Below are positions 30,285-39,501 of a stretch of DNA of 64,000 bases, piece by piece; position 1 is the stretch's first letter; each line of letters begins with the position of its first letter. Where the stretch lies: assembly GCA_965231095.1 (NCBI GenBank), contig OZ246416.1, positions 50,938 to 114,937 on the forward strand, read 5' to 3'. Made by a program: the position numbers and the translations under genes. The DNA is from an uncultured Gammaproteobacteria bacterium (GTDB lineage Bacteria > Patescibacteriota > Patescibacteriia > XYB2-FULL-38-15). The notes beneath the pieces are model-generated. The model saw only the letters and a list, made by a program, of their open reading frames with translations. It did no database searches and was not told where the DNA came from.

Positions 30285-31829
30285 TTATGACAACTTCTTT
30301 TTAATAATTTCTTCGGCGACTTTTGGATTGGCCTTTCCTTGAGTTTTTTTCATTGTCTGGCCGATGAAGAATTGGAGAAGCGCTAGTTTACCTTGTTTAT
30401 ATTCCGCTACTTCCTCGGGATGTTCAGCGATCAGCGCGTCAATTATTTTTTCAAGTTCCCCGGTATCGCTAATTTGGCCAAGATTTTTACTTTCCATAAT
30501 CTGCGAAGGATCGCCGCCGGTCATCATCATTTCTTCAAGAATTTTTAAGGCCGTCGGACCGGAAATTTTATTTTGATAAATCATGGTGATAAATTCGGCA
30601 AAATTTTCCGGAGTGATTTTCAAGCGGCGAATATCAATTTTATTGTCCGCCATCAAACCGCCGAGTTTATTGATAAGCCATCCGGCGAGGAGGCGAACTA
30701 ATTTATGTTTATGCTTTTCCCAAATTTCTTTTTCCGTGCCTTCTACTTCTTCCAGCGACAAAAGCCATGACTGAAGTTCGGAAATAACGTTTTCCGCGTA
30801 GCTAGCTAATTTTTTATCTTCAACTAAAATTCGCGTTTCTTCTTCGGTAAATTCGTATTGAGTTATAAATCGGATTTTTTTGGCGCGCGGCAATTCGGGC
30901 AGATGGCCGATAACTTTATCGCGTAATTTACTTAAATCAAGTGGCGGCAAATCCGGTTCGGGAAAATAGCGATAATCATTTTCCGCTTCTTTGGTGCGCT
31001 GCGGAACGGTTTTCTGCCCCGCATCATCCCAGCCGCGAGTCGTCGTGACGGCCGGCGGTTTTCCGGCTTCCCAAAGTTCGGTTTGTCTTTTTATTTCATA
31101 CTCAAGCGCTCGCTCAACCGCCCGGAAAGAATTTAAATTTTTAATTTCCGTTTTCGCATTAAGTTTAAGAAGATTTTTTTCTTTAGCAGGATTATCCAAA
31201 GCTTCTCGAAGAGAAATATTGGCGTCGCAGCGGAGATGCCCCTTTTCCATATCGGCATCGGAAATTTCAAGATAGCGGGCAATGAGCCGCAATTCTTGCA
31301 TAAAAATTTTTGCTTCAAGTGGTGAATGCAAATCCGGTTCAGTGACAATCTCCAAAAGCGGCGTGCCGGAACGGTTGTAATCAATCAGGCTGTATTTTCC
31401 GTCTTCGCTATGGAAATTTTTAGCCGCGTCTTCTTCAAGATGGACGCGGTTGATTTTTATTTTTGCCCAAGGGCGTTGTTTTTTTTCATCCTTGGTCGGA
31501 ATATCAATTTCCAGAAATCCGCCCAGACAGACAGGTTTGTCGTATTGAGAAATTTGATAACCCTTTGGCAGATCAGGATAAAAATATTGTTTGCGGTCAA
31601 ATTTTGATTCATCTTGGATTTTACAATTCAAAGCCATGGCCAGAAGTCCCGCCCATTCGAGCGCCTGCTCATTTATGACTGGCAATGTGCCGGGATGGCC
31701 CATGCAGATCGGGCAGACGGTAGAGTTCGGCGGTTGGTCTTCGCCGGTATTGTCGCAACCGCAGAACATTTTTGATTTTGTTTTCAATTGGACATGGATT
31801 TCAAGCCCAATGACCGGGACGAGATGCAT
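30285..31829 (-). CDS. gatB: Asp/Glu-tRNA amidotransferase subunit B
   Basis: IGLEIHVQL, FYPDLPKGYQISQ, HLEEDA, LRCDANIS, YRYFPEPDL. Confidence 0.97.
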   Translation of the reverse strand: MHLVPVIGLEIHVQLKTKSKMFCGCDNTGEDQPPNSTVCPICMGHPGTLPVINEQALEWAGLLAMALNCKIQDESKFDRKQYFYPDLPKGYQISQYDKPVCLGGFLEIDIPTKDEKKQRPWAKIKINRVHLEEDAAKNFHSEDGKYSLIDYNRSGTPLLEIVTEPDLHSPLEAKIFMQELRLIARYLEISDADMEKGHLRCDANISLREALDNPAKEKNLLKLNAKTEIKNLNSFRAVERALEYEIKRQTELWEAGKPPAVTTTRGWDDAGQKTVPQRTKEAENDYRYFPEPDLPPLDLSKLRDKVIGHLPELPRAKKIRFITQYEFTEEETRILVEDKKLASYAENVISELQSWLLSLEEVEGTEKEIWEKHKHKLVRLLAGWLINKLGGLMADNKIDIRRLKITPENFAEFITMIYQNKISGPTALKILEEMMMTGGDPSQIMESKNLGQISDTGELEKIIDALIAEHPEEVAEYKQGKLALLQFFIGQTMKKTQGKANPKVAEEIIKKKLS

Positions 31830-31885
31830 AAAAAATAATTCAAAAATCAAAAGTCAAAATGCAAAATTAATTTTGTAATAAAAAT

Positions 31886-32620
31886 TTATTGTTTAGCCGG
31901 CGTGGGCGCAATTTCTTTTTTAACGGAGTTGTAGAGGATTAAACCTAACGCGTAGAAAAGCGGAGCGGCTAAAACAGGAATGATGTTGGCGATAATCATT
32001 GACCACCAGGTTGAGGCGGCGGTAAAGCTTGCGCCGGGTCGGCCCGCGGCAAAATCAATTATGTAAATAGGAACCAAGATGATAATTAAAAGAATTATGC
32101 CGTAAACAAAATTTGGGGCAATCCACCGCCAGAGAAGCGGCCAAAATTTTCCCTTTACCAATTCGCGGCTCGCGGAAAGCGCCTCGGTTCCTTTTTTATT
32201 TTCCAGAACAAGAACATAAAGGCTGAAGGAAAACCAGACAGAAAAAATTATGCCGGGGATAATCAAAAGCAGCGTGCCAAAACCAACCGCAAGGGAAACC
32301 AAAATGGAAAGGATTATTCCGGAAAAAGTTTTTGAATAACTCAAATTATAAATATTTTTAAAATTGACTGGTTCTTTCTTAATTGTGGCGTCCATTACTA
32401 AAATCAAAGCGATTGTGACCAAAACGCTCAACACCCACGAGGCGAGGGAAAGGATGAAGTTCGTCGCCAAAAAGGCCACGGGACTTGAGATAAAGTAGGG
32501 GAGTAAAGACAAGATGACGGACGGAATAAGGAGCCAGGCAATAATTTTGGCGAAGAGGGCAAAATTATTTTTGTAAAGCGTCCAGCTCTCGCGCATTAGG
32601 GCGCCGACTTGAATAAGCAT
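31886..32620 (-). CDS. Multi-pass membrane protein
   Basis: About six hydrophobic segments; LLLIIPGIIFSVWFSF...AL.ASR.LVKG..W motif. Confidence 0.8.
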   Translation of the reverse strand: MLIQVGALMRESWTLYKNNFALFAKIIAWLLIPSVILSLLPYFISSPVAFLATNFILSLASWVLSVLVTIALILVMDATIKKEPVNFKNIYNLSYSKTFSGIILSILVSLAVGFGTLLLIIPGIIFSVWFSFSLYVLVLENKKGTEALSASRELVKGKFWPLLWRWIAPNFVYGIILLIIILVPIYIIDFAAGRPGASFTAASTWWSMIIANIIPVLAAPLFYALGLILYNSVKKEIAPTPAKQ

Positions 32621-32686
32621 AAGATTACGAATTAAAGCGAATAAAAGCGAATACAAATAAATTTGTATTGATTCGCTATGATTTGC

Positions 32687-33418
32687 TTAAGATTCGCATT
32701 TATTTATTATAAAATTTTTCCAAATATTAACCGCTTCTTCCATTGTATCATAAACGGTTTTGTCTGTCTTTAAATAAACAAATTCACTGCCGCGCGATTC
32801 CATGAGTTTCCGAAACCACGGCGCGTCGTATCTTTTGGCTATTTTTTCCAAGAATGGCAATTTTTCAAAAATAGAATTATCTTTTTTATCACGTTCGGCA
32901 AGGCGCGCCATTGCTTCTTTGGGATCAACTTGGGCAATGATCAATAAATCCGGCCGGTACTCCAGCGCAAGTTTATTGCCGGGCAATTCCATAATTTTTT
33001 CAAGAGGCAACGCCTCCTCCTGAATCGGCTGATAAATTATTGAAGTTGTGACGCCGCGTTCTTGAAAAATAATTTTTCCTTGGGCAAGCGCCGGAATAAT
33101 TACGCGGCGGTATAAAATTTCCCGGTCGAGAGAAAAAGCTTGAGAGGTAGTCCAGGCAGAATAATGGCGATTATTTTCGCGGACAATTTCTTCGCGAATC
33201 GCCTGGCCAACCATGGCAAAAGTCGGTTCATTGGAAATGATAACGTCAAACTCGGCAATTTCTTCCGGCTCCGGGAAGGTGTGTTTTTCTTTCCAATAAT
33301 TTCTTATATCAAAAATCTTCATCTTTTCCGCCGCCGCCCAGTCGGCGAAAGTTTTCAAAATTACGCCTTTGCCGCTGCCGTCAATTCCATCAATCATGAC
33401 AAGGATACCCTTTTTCAT
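32687..33418 (-). CDS. tmk: Thymidylate kinase
   Basis: DGIDGSGK, NEPT, FSLDR, QERG..TSI.YQ; located in the thymidylate operon. Confidence 0.85.
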   Translation of the reverse strand: MKKGILVMIDGIDGSGKGVILKTFADWAAAEKMKIFDIRNYWKEKHTFPEPEEIAEFDVIISNEPTFAMVGQAIREEIVRENNRHYSAWTTSQAFSLDREILYRRVIIPALAQGKIIFQERGVTTSIIYQPIQEEALPLEKIMELPGNKLALEYRPDLLIIAQVDPKEAMARLAERDKKDNSIFEKLPFLEKIAKRYDAPWFRKLMESRGSEFVYLKTDKTVYDTMEEAVNIWKNFIINKCES

Positions 33419-33987
33419 ATTTTATTTAAAATATTTTCTATTTGGGTGTAAGCATTTTCCAGCGTGCTGGTATTTAAAATTGTATAATCAGCCATGGCGA
33501 TTGGCCCACCCTTTTCTATATTTTCAATTTCCGCATAATCACGATCCCTCGCCGCTTCGGGGGTAGAAGAGCGATATTTTAATTTTGAATCGTCTCCATG
33601 GCGCGCGGCGCGGCCGGACAATCTTTTGTATCTTAATTTCGGCGGGGCGTAAACCGCGATAACAATTAAATTTTCTCCGTATTTATCTTTTAAAATTTTA
33701 TATTCCGACCAACTGTAAAGTCCGTCGCCAACCACATCGCCGTTTTTCAAAGCCTCATCAAATTTTGGGATATTTAAAGTAGCAAAAGCGCCAGGGCCAT
33801 ATTGTTTTCGGAGTTCTTCGCGGATTGGCCGCTCGTTTTCTTCGGTCGGCGCGAGCCCTCGTTTTTTAACTTCGTCCAGGGTGATCTGGCCAAAACGAAT
33901 ATATTGATAACCTTGTTTTTTTAAAAAATCGGCCACCTCGGTTTTTCCCGCACCAGGCATCCCGACTAGGGCGACAAAGTTATTCAT
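33415..33987 (-). CDS. P-loop kinase (UPF0200/dephospho-CoA-kinase-like)
   Basis: GMPGAGKT, VVGDGLYSWSE, RD.AE...KGGPIAMADY. Confidence 0.8.
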   Translation of the reverse strand: MNNFVALVGMPGAGKTEVADFLKKQGYQYIRFGQITLDEVKKRGLAPTEENERPIREELRKQYGPGAFATLNIPKFDEALKNGDVVGDGLYSWSEYKILKDKYGENLIVIAVYAPPKLRYKRLSGRAARHGDDSKLKYRSSTPEAARDRDYAEIENIEKGGPIAMADYTILNTSTLENAYTQIENILNKI

Positions 33988-33994
33988 AAATGTT

Positions 33995-34492
33995 TTATTT
34001 TACCAATTCAATAAATTTAAATTTCAATCCGTTGTGTTCCTGTGTTTCAGATTCATTTATAATTTTAAATTTAGAATAATCTGGGAAAAAAGTGTCAACT
34101 TCTGCGGGCTCATCATCAACAATTGTTAAATAAAGTTTTTCCACGCGCGGGAGAAGCTGCGTATAAATTGACGCGCCGCCGATGACAAAAATTTCTTTGT
34201 GATCGTTTGCCAATTTTTCTTCTTCAATTTTTGCGCGCTCCAAGGCTTCGTCCGGAGAAGAAACAATAATGCAACCTGGCGCGGTAAAATCTTTGTTTTT
34301 GGTGATAACAATATTTGTGCGGTTCGGAAGCGGGCGGCCGAGCGATATAAAAGTATTGCCACCCATAATAACCGTATGGCCGGAAGTAATTTTTTTGAAA
34401 TGTTCCAAATCAGGCGGAAGATTCCAAAGTAATTTATTTTTAAAACCGATGGCGCGGTTTTTGTTTGTAACCGCGATGGCTGAAATTGTCAT
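33995..34492 (-). CDS. folA: Dihydrofolate reductase
   Basis: IG..N.L.W.LP.DL..FK, RPLPNRTNIV, FVIGGASIY, DTFFP. Confidence 0.95.
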   Translation of the reverse strand: MTISAIAVTNKNRAIGFKNKLLWNLPPDLEHFKKITSGHTVIMGGNTFISLGRPLPNRTNIVITKNKDFTAPGCIIVSSPDEALERAKIEEEKLANDHKEIFVIGGASIYTQLLPRVEKLYLTIVDDEPAEVDTFFPDYSKFKIINESETQEHNGLKFKFIELVK

Positions 34493-34495
34493 AAA

Positions 34496-35494
34496 TTAAA
34501 ATCCTCCGATGTTTGCGATTTCGGCTTTGATCGCCGGATGAGATTCGTAATTTTGTAATTCAAAATCTTCAAATTTAAAATCATCAATATTTTTTATCTC
34601 TGGATTTAATTTTAGAGCAGGGAAGGGGAATGGCTTGCGTGAGAATTGTTCTTTAACCGCGTCAAAATGATTTGAGTAAATATGAACGTCGCCAAAAGTA
34701 TGAACAAATTCTCCGGGTTTAAGCCCGGTGATTTGCGCGACCATAAGTAAAAGCATGGCGTAACTTGCGATATTAAACGGAACACCCAAAAATAAATCGG
34801 CGCTTCGCTGATAAAGTCCAAGATTTAATCGGCCGTCGGAGGTGGTTTGAAATTGAAAAGTCGTGTGGCAAAACGGGGGAACTTCGTTAGCGTTTCCCTT
34901 GCTCGCCATGGCGTAAATAAAATCCGGATTCCAGGCGGAAACAACATAAGATTTTCTGTAAGGTTTTTCTTTTAAACCTTGGATGCACCAACCGAGTTGA
35001 TCAATCTCGCGACCGTCGGAGGCCGGCCAGCGCCGCCACATTTTTCCATAAACCATAATCAAATCGCCCCATTTTTTTACGAATTCATCCGTCGCTGGCA
35101 GCGATTCCAGTTTCGCGATAAATTGTTCTTGGGTCAAATCTTCTGTCGGGGCGGAGGCGAGGCAATATTTATGATAACGTTTCCACGCCCATTCATCCCA
35201 AATATGGATTTTTTGATCAAGTAGAGGTTTGATGTTCGTGTCGCCGGATAAGAACCAAAGAAGTTCAACTAAAATTCCCCGGAAAAAAGTTTTTTTCGTG
35301 GTGAGGAGCGGAAAACCTTGCGACAAATCAAACCTAATCTGCCGGCCAAAAACCGAACGGATAAACGGCGGTTCTTCGCCTTTCTTTTTATATTCTTCCA
35401 AAACTTCGGGAGTAAAAAAAAGTTTTTTATCCGAGCCGTGATCTAAAATATCTTGCGCGAGGTCAAGATATTGGTATTCGGGATGTTTGTCCAT
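34496..35494 (-). CDS. thyA: Thymidylate synthase
   Basis: FPLLTTKK, ELLWF, PPFCH, YQRSAD.FLGVPFNIASY, GDVHIY.NH. Confidence 0.96.
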   Translation of the reverse strand: MDKHPEYQYLDLAQDILDHGSDKKLFFTPEVLEEYKKKGEEPPFIRSVFGRQIRFDLSQGFPLLTTKKTFFRGILVELLWFLSGDTNIKPLLDQKIHIWDEWAWKRYHKYCLASAPTEDLTQEQFIAKLESLPATDEFVKKWGDLIMVYGKMWRRWPASDGREIDQLGWCIQGLKEKPYRKSYVVSAWNPDFIYAMASKGNANEVPPFCHTTFQFQTTSDGRLNLGLYQRSADLFLGVPFNIASYAMLLLMVAQITGLKPGEFVHTFGDVHIYSNHFDAVKEQFSRKPFPFPALKLNPEIKNIDDFKFEDFELQNYESHPAIKAEIANIGGF

Positions 35495-35498
35495 AAAA

Positions 35499-35996
35499 TT
35501 ATTTATTAAAAATTGCCATGGATAAAAAATCGTGATACTTACCTTTATAAAAAACTTCATCTTTCATTCTTCCTTCGATGACAAAACCCAGAGATTGATA
35601 TACTTTAATCGCATGGTTGTTGTCTTTGACGACACCAAGGTTGATTTTGTGGAGTTTCAGTTTTTTAAATCCGTAATTGATGAGCCATATTATGGCGATT
35701 TTTCCAATTCCCTTGCCACGATAATCATCTTCGCCGATAGCAATAAATAAATCAGCGTTTTTATTGGACTTGCTAATATTCGATAATCCCATAAAACCTA
35801 TTGGTTTGGAATTATCACAGATAGTAAAAAATTTCTTGTTTTTCGCTTTTTGATAATTAAAAAACCATTCTTTTTCTTTTTTTAGATTTGTCTTTTGTCC
35901 CATCTCGTCACCAATAAATTTGTTTACCTCGGGATTGTTTAACCATTTTACACGGTAGGGAATGTCTTTTTGTAAGTGTTTTCTAATTTTTATCAT
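35499..35996 (-). CDS. RimJ/RimL-type GNAT acetyltransferase
   Basis: IGEDDYRGKGIG, L.KI.L.V...N..AI..Y..LGF..EG; ATGA overlap with the upstream gene. Confidence 0.88.
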   Translation of the reverse strand: MIKIRKHLQKDIPYRVKWLNNPEVNKFIGDEMGQKTNLKKEKEWFFNYQKAKNKKFFTICDNSKPIGFMGLSNISKSNKNADLFIAIGEDDYRGKGIGKIAIIWLINYGFKKLKLHKINLGVVKDNNHAIKVYQSLGFVIEGRMKDEVFYKGKYHDFLSMAIFNK

Positions 35997-36541
35997 ATTT
36001 GCGTTTCTTTGCCGCCAGTCGCGACTCGGCCGCCTTGCCACTGGCCGCGGTATTGGTTGCCTTCGCCCAGCACTTCGTGAAAAGTGATATGGACAACCCG
36101 CGCGCCGAAAGAAATTTTGATATTTGATTTTCCAAGATTGCAAAGTCCAAAAGTCAGTTCGCCTTGATATCCCGGCTGGACAACGCCGTTAAAAAGGCCC
36201 AAGCCGGAGCGGAATAGCGTTGTGCGGGGGAAAATAATTCCGGAGACAGTGACCGGCAGATTTACTTTTTCCATTGTCTTTACCAAATAATATTTTCCCG
36301 GTTCAAAAATGAAAAAGTTTTCGCTTTCTGGTTTGCCTTCCTCATTTTTTGCCACGAGTTTGATGGTCGGCGTGTTTCGCTCTTCAACTCCCAAAAATCC
36401 GTCGCCTTCCAATTCATAAATTTCTCCCAGTCGCAAATCAAAACCCGCGCCTTCGGGATTATTTTTTTCCCGGTCACAGAGATTTTCCACTAAATTCATT
36501 TCCTTAACTAATTCGTGTAATTTTTTTATTCCAAGGATCAT
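35993..36541 (-). CDS. Trimeric dUTPase/dCTP deaminase family protein
   Basis: GFDLRL, PRTTLFRSG, PGYQGEL, YRGQWQG. Confidence 0.85.
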   Translation of the reverse strand: MILGIKKLHELVKEMNLVENLCDREKNNPEGAGFDLRLGEIYELEGDGFLGVEERNTPTIKLVAKNEEGKPESENFFIFEPGKYYLVKTMEKVNLPVTVSGIIFPRTTLFRSGLGLFNGVVQPGYQGELTFGLCNLGKSNIKISFGARVVHITFHEVLGEGNQYRGQWQGGRVATGGKETQI

Positions 36542-36551
36542 ATGATAATAG

Positions 36552-36651
36552 TGTCATTGCGAGCGGAACGTAGTGGAGCGAAGCAATCTCATGGGGTTTA
36601 GAAACAAGGGGATTGCCGCGTCGCTTCCTTCGGTCGCTCCTCGCAATGACA
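36552..36651. repeat. Palindromic element resembling Rickettsia-type RPE (GTCATTGCGAG...CTCGCAATGAC)
   Basis: 12-bp terminal IR TGTCATTGCGAG/CTCGCAATGACA; internal GCAATC/GATTGC. Confidence 0.75.
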
Positions 36652-36662
36652 TGTTGAGTGTG

Positions 36663-37193
36663 TTATTTAGTAAAATCAATATCGCAATAAACTTTGCCGT
36701 CGTATTTTCTGATAACAATACCTCGTTTGTCGGCCAACTCTTGCGCCTCGTTTTCTTCTTCTTTCCCTTCGCCGCCGGTTTTTATCCGTTCGTATTTTTC
36801 AAAATAAACAATTTCTTTCACTCCAACATTATTAAAAGCTTTCATGCAGTCGTAGCAGGGATAAAGGGCGGTGTAGACCGTCGCGCCGTTTAGGCGTCTT
36901 GTGTCCTGGGCGTTGATAATGCTGTTTATCTCGGCGTGCGCCCCGCGGCAGCGTTTTAATTTTCCCGTCACCGGATCGCCGTCAACTTTGGCGCAACCGA
37001 CTTCAAGGCAATGGTCGTCTCCGGCGGTCGGGCCGTTGTAACCGACAGAGACAATTCTCTTGTTTGCATCAACTACGACGACGCCGGCGGTATGAAATTT
37101 GCAGGCGGTGCGTTGCGCCGCTATCAGCGCCATGTTCATAAATGTCTCGTCCCAAGAGAGGCGGTTTTTTCTAGGATTTTGCAAATTACTCAT
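36663..37193 (-). CDS. dCMP deaminase (ComEB family)
   Basis: SWDETFM, GYNG, HAEIN, PCYDC. Confidence 0.93.
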   Translation of the reverse strand: MSNLQNPRKNRLSWDETFMNMALIAAQRTACKFHTAGVVVVDANKRIVSVGYNGPTAGDDHCLEVGCAKVDGDPVTGKLKRCRGAHAEINSIINAQDTRRLNGATVYTALYPCYDCMKAFNNVGVKEIVYFEKYERIKTGGEGKEEENEAQELADKRGIVIRKYDGKVYCDIDFTK

Positions 37194-37297
37194 ATAAGTT
37201 TAGATCAAATTATTTATTAGTCAGTCTTTATATTTTAGCAAAATGAAAAAGAATAGGCAATTAAAAATCAAGGGGGATAAATGGCGCCAAAATAAGC

Positions 37298-37328
37298 AAA
37301 AAAACACCCCGATTAGAGGGTGTTTTTT
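37298..37328 (-). terminator. Terminator after rplA
   Basis: AAAAAAACACCC...GGGTGTTTTTT. Confidence 0.75.
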
Positions 37329-37342
37329 ATGTAAAATTTTAA

Positions 37343-38020
37343 TTATACGCTAAGTTTTATTCCCGGGCCCATGGTGGTGCAAAGTACCGCGGTTTGGATG
37401 TAGACACCCTTGGATGCCGCCGGTTTGGCTTTTTTCACCACTTCAATAAACATGGTCAAATTTTCCAAAAGCTTTTCTTTATCGTAGGAAACTTTGCCGA
37501 GTAATTGATGAATATTCCCGCCATCATCATTTTTGAAATTGATTTTTCCTTTTTTTAATTCACCAATTATTTTTTTGATGTTTGGGTTAACAGTTTCTGT
37601 TTTTGGATTTGGCATCAAACCCTTTGGACCCAAAATTTTCGCGATCTGGGCCAATTTAGGCATCATGGAGGGCGTTGCCACGGCGATTTCAAAGTTTGCT
37701 CTTTCTGTGGATTTGATTTCTTTAATCAAGTCCTCACCGCCGACAATTTCCGCTCCGGCTTCTTTCGCTTCTTTTTCCAAGGCCGGTTCAACGAAAGCGG
37801 CAATTTTTTTGGTCTTGCCGATTCCGTGCGGTAAAACTAAAGTGCCGCGCACGAGCTGGTCGCCTTTTTTAGGATCAATACCAAGTTTGATGTGGACTTC
37901 CACGCCGGCATCAAATTTTTCTTTTGGTCCGTTTTTTATTAAGTCCAAAGCCTCGGCGAGCGAATAGCTCTTTTTCGGGTCAATGGATTTTTTTGTTTCT
38001 TCGTAGCGTTTTCCGCGCAT
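37343..38020 (-). CDS. rplA: 50S ribosomal protein L1
   Basis: KFDAGVE, RGTLVLPHG.GK, LGPKGLMPNPK, TTMGPGI. Confidence 0.97.
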   Translation of the reverse strand: MRGKRYEETKKSIDPKKSYSLAEALDLIKNGPKEKFDAGVEVHIKLGIDPKKGDQLVRGTLVLPHGIGKTKKIAAFVEPALEKEAKEAGAEIVGGEDLIKEIKSTERANFEIAVATPSMMPKLAQIAKILGPKGLMPNPKTETVNPNIKKIIGELKKGKINFKNDDGGNIHQLLGKVSYDKEKLLENLTMFIEVVKKAKPAASKGVYIQTAVLCTTMGPGIKLSV

Positions 38021-38028
38021 AAGTTTTT

Positions 38029-38193
38029 GGTGGTAATAACGTCCCCCACTAATTTTGCCATCGATAGATAAAAGTAATTTTGAGTGATTAATTTATTTTC
38101 TAAATTTGTGGCGCCGCTTGCCCGAATAGGGCAGGGCTATTCGCCCTCGCGGCGCCCCCGGGATCGGGAGCAAAATTAGTGGGGGACTCCCAC
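38029..38193 (-). promoter_or_regulatory. L1-binding autoregulatory leader with an expanded apical stem
   Basis: Minus strand GTGGGAG-[stem]-CGTTATTACCAC just upstream of the rplA ATG; matches the L1 mRNA-site pattern GGGAG...CGUUAUUACC as I recall it. Confidence 0.7.
38041..38187. mobile_element. 147-bp MITE-like element with 18-bp terminal inverted repeats
   Basis: GTCCCCCACTAATTTTGC (38041-38058) / GCAAAATTAGTGGGGGAC (38170-38187). Confidence 0.6.
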
Positions 38194-38203
38194 AAATTAT
38201 TTT

Positions 38204-38641
38204 TTAAACTTCTTTATTGTTTTCTTTCGACTCTTTTGTTTCTTTGCTAATCATTTTCCAGTGCCACAAGAACAGGGGAATAGCAACAACGAGCATGGAA
38301 ATATCGCGAACAGCGTTTTTCTGTTTTCTCGCAACTTTCATAATTCCTTGCTGATCCTGCCAATTTTTATAATCAACCAACCAATTTTGAATCTGCAATT
38401 TTTCGTCGGCAGTCAGGTCGCATTTTTCCGCGCAACGCTCGGCCGTTTCACCCTGCGCCCGCTCATTAATCATGTAAGGAACCGGCGGCGCCCATTCATC
38501 GGCGCGATCAGCGTTTTTAAAGACCCAAGTTTTGAGGCCGAGATTTGCGAGATCAACCGTTCCCCAAACAATCATCATTAAAGCAATCAAGGCAATCAGG
38601 TAGAAATAAACCGTTCGGATTGAGTTTAGTTTGATGGCCAT
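38204..38641 (-). CDS. 2-TM hypothetical protein (DUF5671-like)
   Basis: IRTVYFYLIALIAL...ISMLVVAIPLFLWHW; start at ATG 38641. Confidence 0.75.
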   Translation of the reverse strand: MAIKLNSIRTVYFYLIALIALMMIVWGTVDLANLGLKTWVFKNADRADEWAPPVPYMINERAQGETAERCAEKCDLTADEKLQIQNWLVDYKNWQDQQGIMKVARKQKNAVRDISMLVVAIPLFLWHWKMISKETKESKENNKEV

Positions 38642-38724
38642 ACATTGTAAATTAAGAGAAATAATTTTTTGTTCGCATAAAATTAGGTGGGGGAGTACTT
38701 GCGGAAGCACGCCCCCAACCTGGT

Positions 38725-38940
38725 CTACTTGGTCGCTGGTGGTGTTACGGCGTCGCCGTGATGGACGGGACAATTGGGGTCGTCTCGCTTAATCACATTC
38801 AGCTTTATCCCCATGCCAGTGCGCAAATGTCCGCAGGTGCATCTTGGGTCTACTCTGCCCAATCCGAAGCACGAGCAAACGGCAAAGTTGCAGTCGTCAT
38901 AGAATACGGCGCCGCACTTGTCACACCGGAATTCATGCAT
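38725..38940 (-). CDS. Small Cys-rich, probably zinc-binding orphan protein
   Basis: 71 aa with CDKC, CSC, CTC, CPVH; AAGGAGG SD; downstream hairpin. Confidence 0.65.
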   Translation of the reverse strand: MHEFRCDKCGAVFYDDCNFAVCSCFGLGRVDPRCTCGHLRTGMGIKLNVIKRDDPNCPVHHGDAVTPPATK

Positions 38941-39008
38941 CTCTTTCCTCCTTCTCTTTACGGGAACAAAAAATTATTTCTCAAAATTTTTAATGAACTT
39001 TTATTATT

Positions 39009-39434
39009 TTATCCAACGACTTCCAAACCCATCTGCCGCGCCGTGCCTTCAATAGTTCTCATCGCCGCGTCAATATCATGAGCATTCAAGTCCGGCATTT
39101 TTTTCTCGGCGATTTCCCGGATTTGCGCTTTTGTCACTTTGCCAACTTTTTCCTGAAGCGGTTTTCCTGAACCCTTGGCGATTCCCGCTGCTTTTTTCAA
39201 AAGTTCAGCCGCCGGAGGAGTTTTTAAAATGAAAGTATAGGTGCGGTCTTCGTAAACCGTGATTTCCGCCGGAATAACATCGCCGGCCATTTTTGCAGTC
39301 GCGGCATTGAACTTCGTGCAGAACTCAGCGATATTCAAACCATGCTGACCCAAGGCCGGGCCGATTGGCGGCGCGGGGTTTGCTTTAGCAGCCTCAATTT
39401 GTAATTTTATTACTGTCTTAATTTTTTTTGCCAT
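39009..39434 (-). CDS. rplK: 50S ribosomal protein L11
   Basis: [27 protein letters not shown]. Confidence 0.98.
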   Translation of the reverse strand: MAKKIKTVIKLQIEAAKANPAPPIGPALGQHGLNIAEFCTKFNAATAKMAGDVIPAEITVYEDRTYTFILKTPPAAELLKKAAGIAKGSGKPLQEKVGKVTKAQIREIAEKKMPDLNAHDIDAAMRTIEGTARQMGLEVVG

Positions 39435-39501
39435 AATTCTTATGTTACATAGTTAAGAGCTAAACTAGAAGCCTTTAGCGCTTAATAATGTAATTTTTAT
39501 T

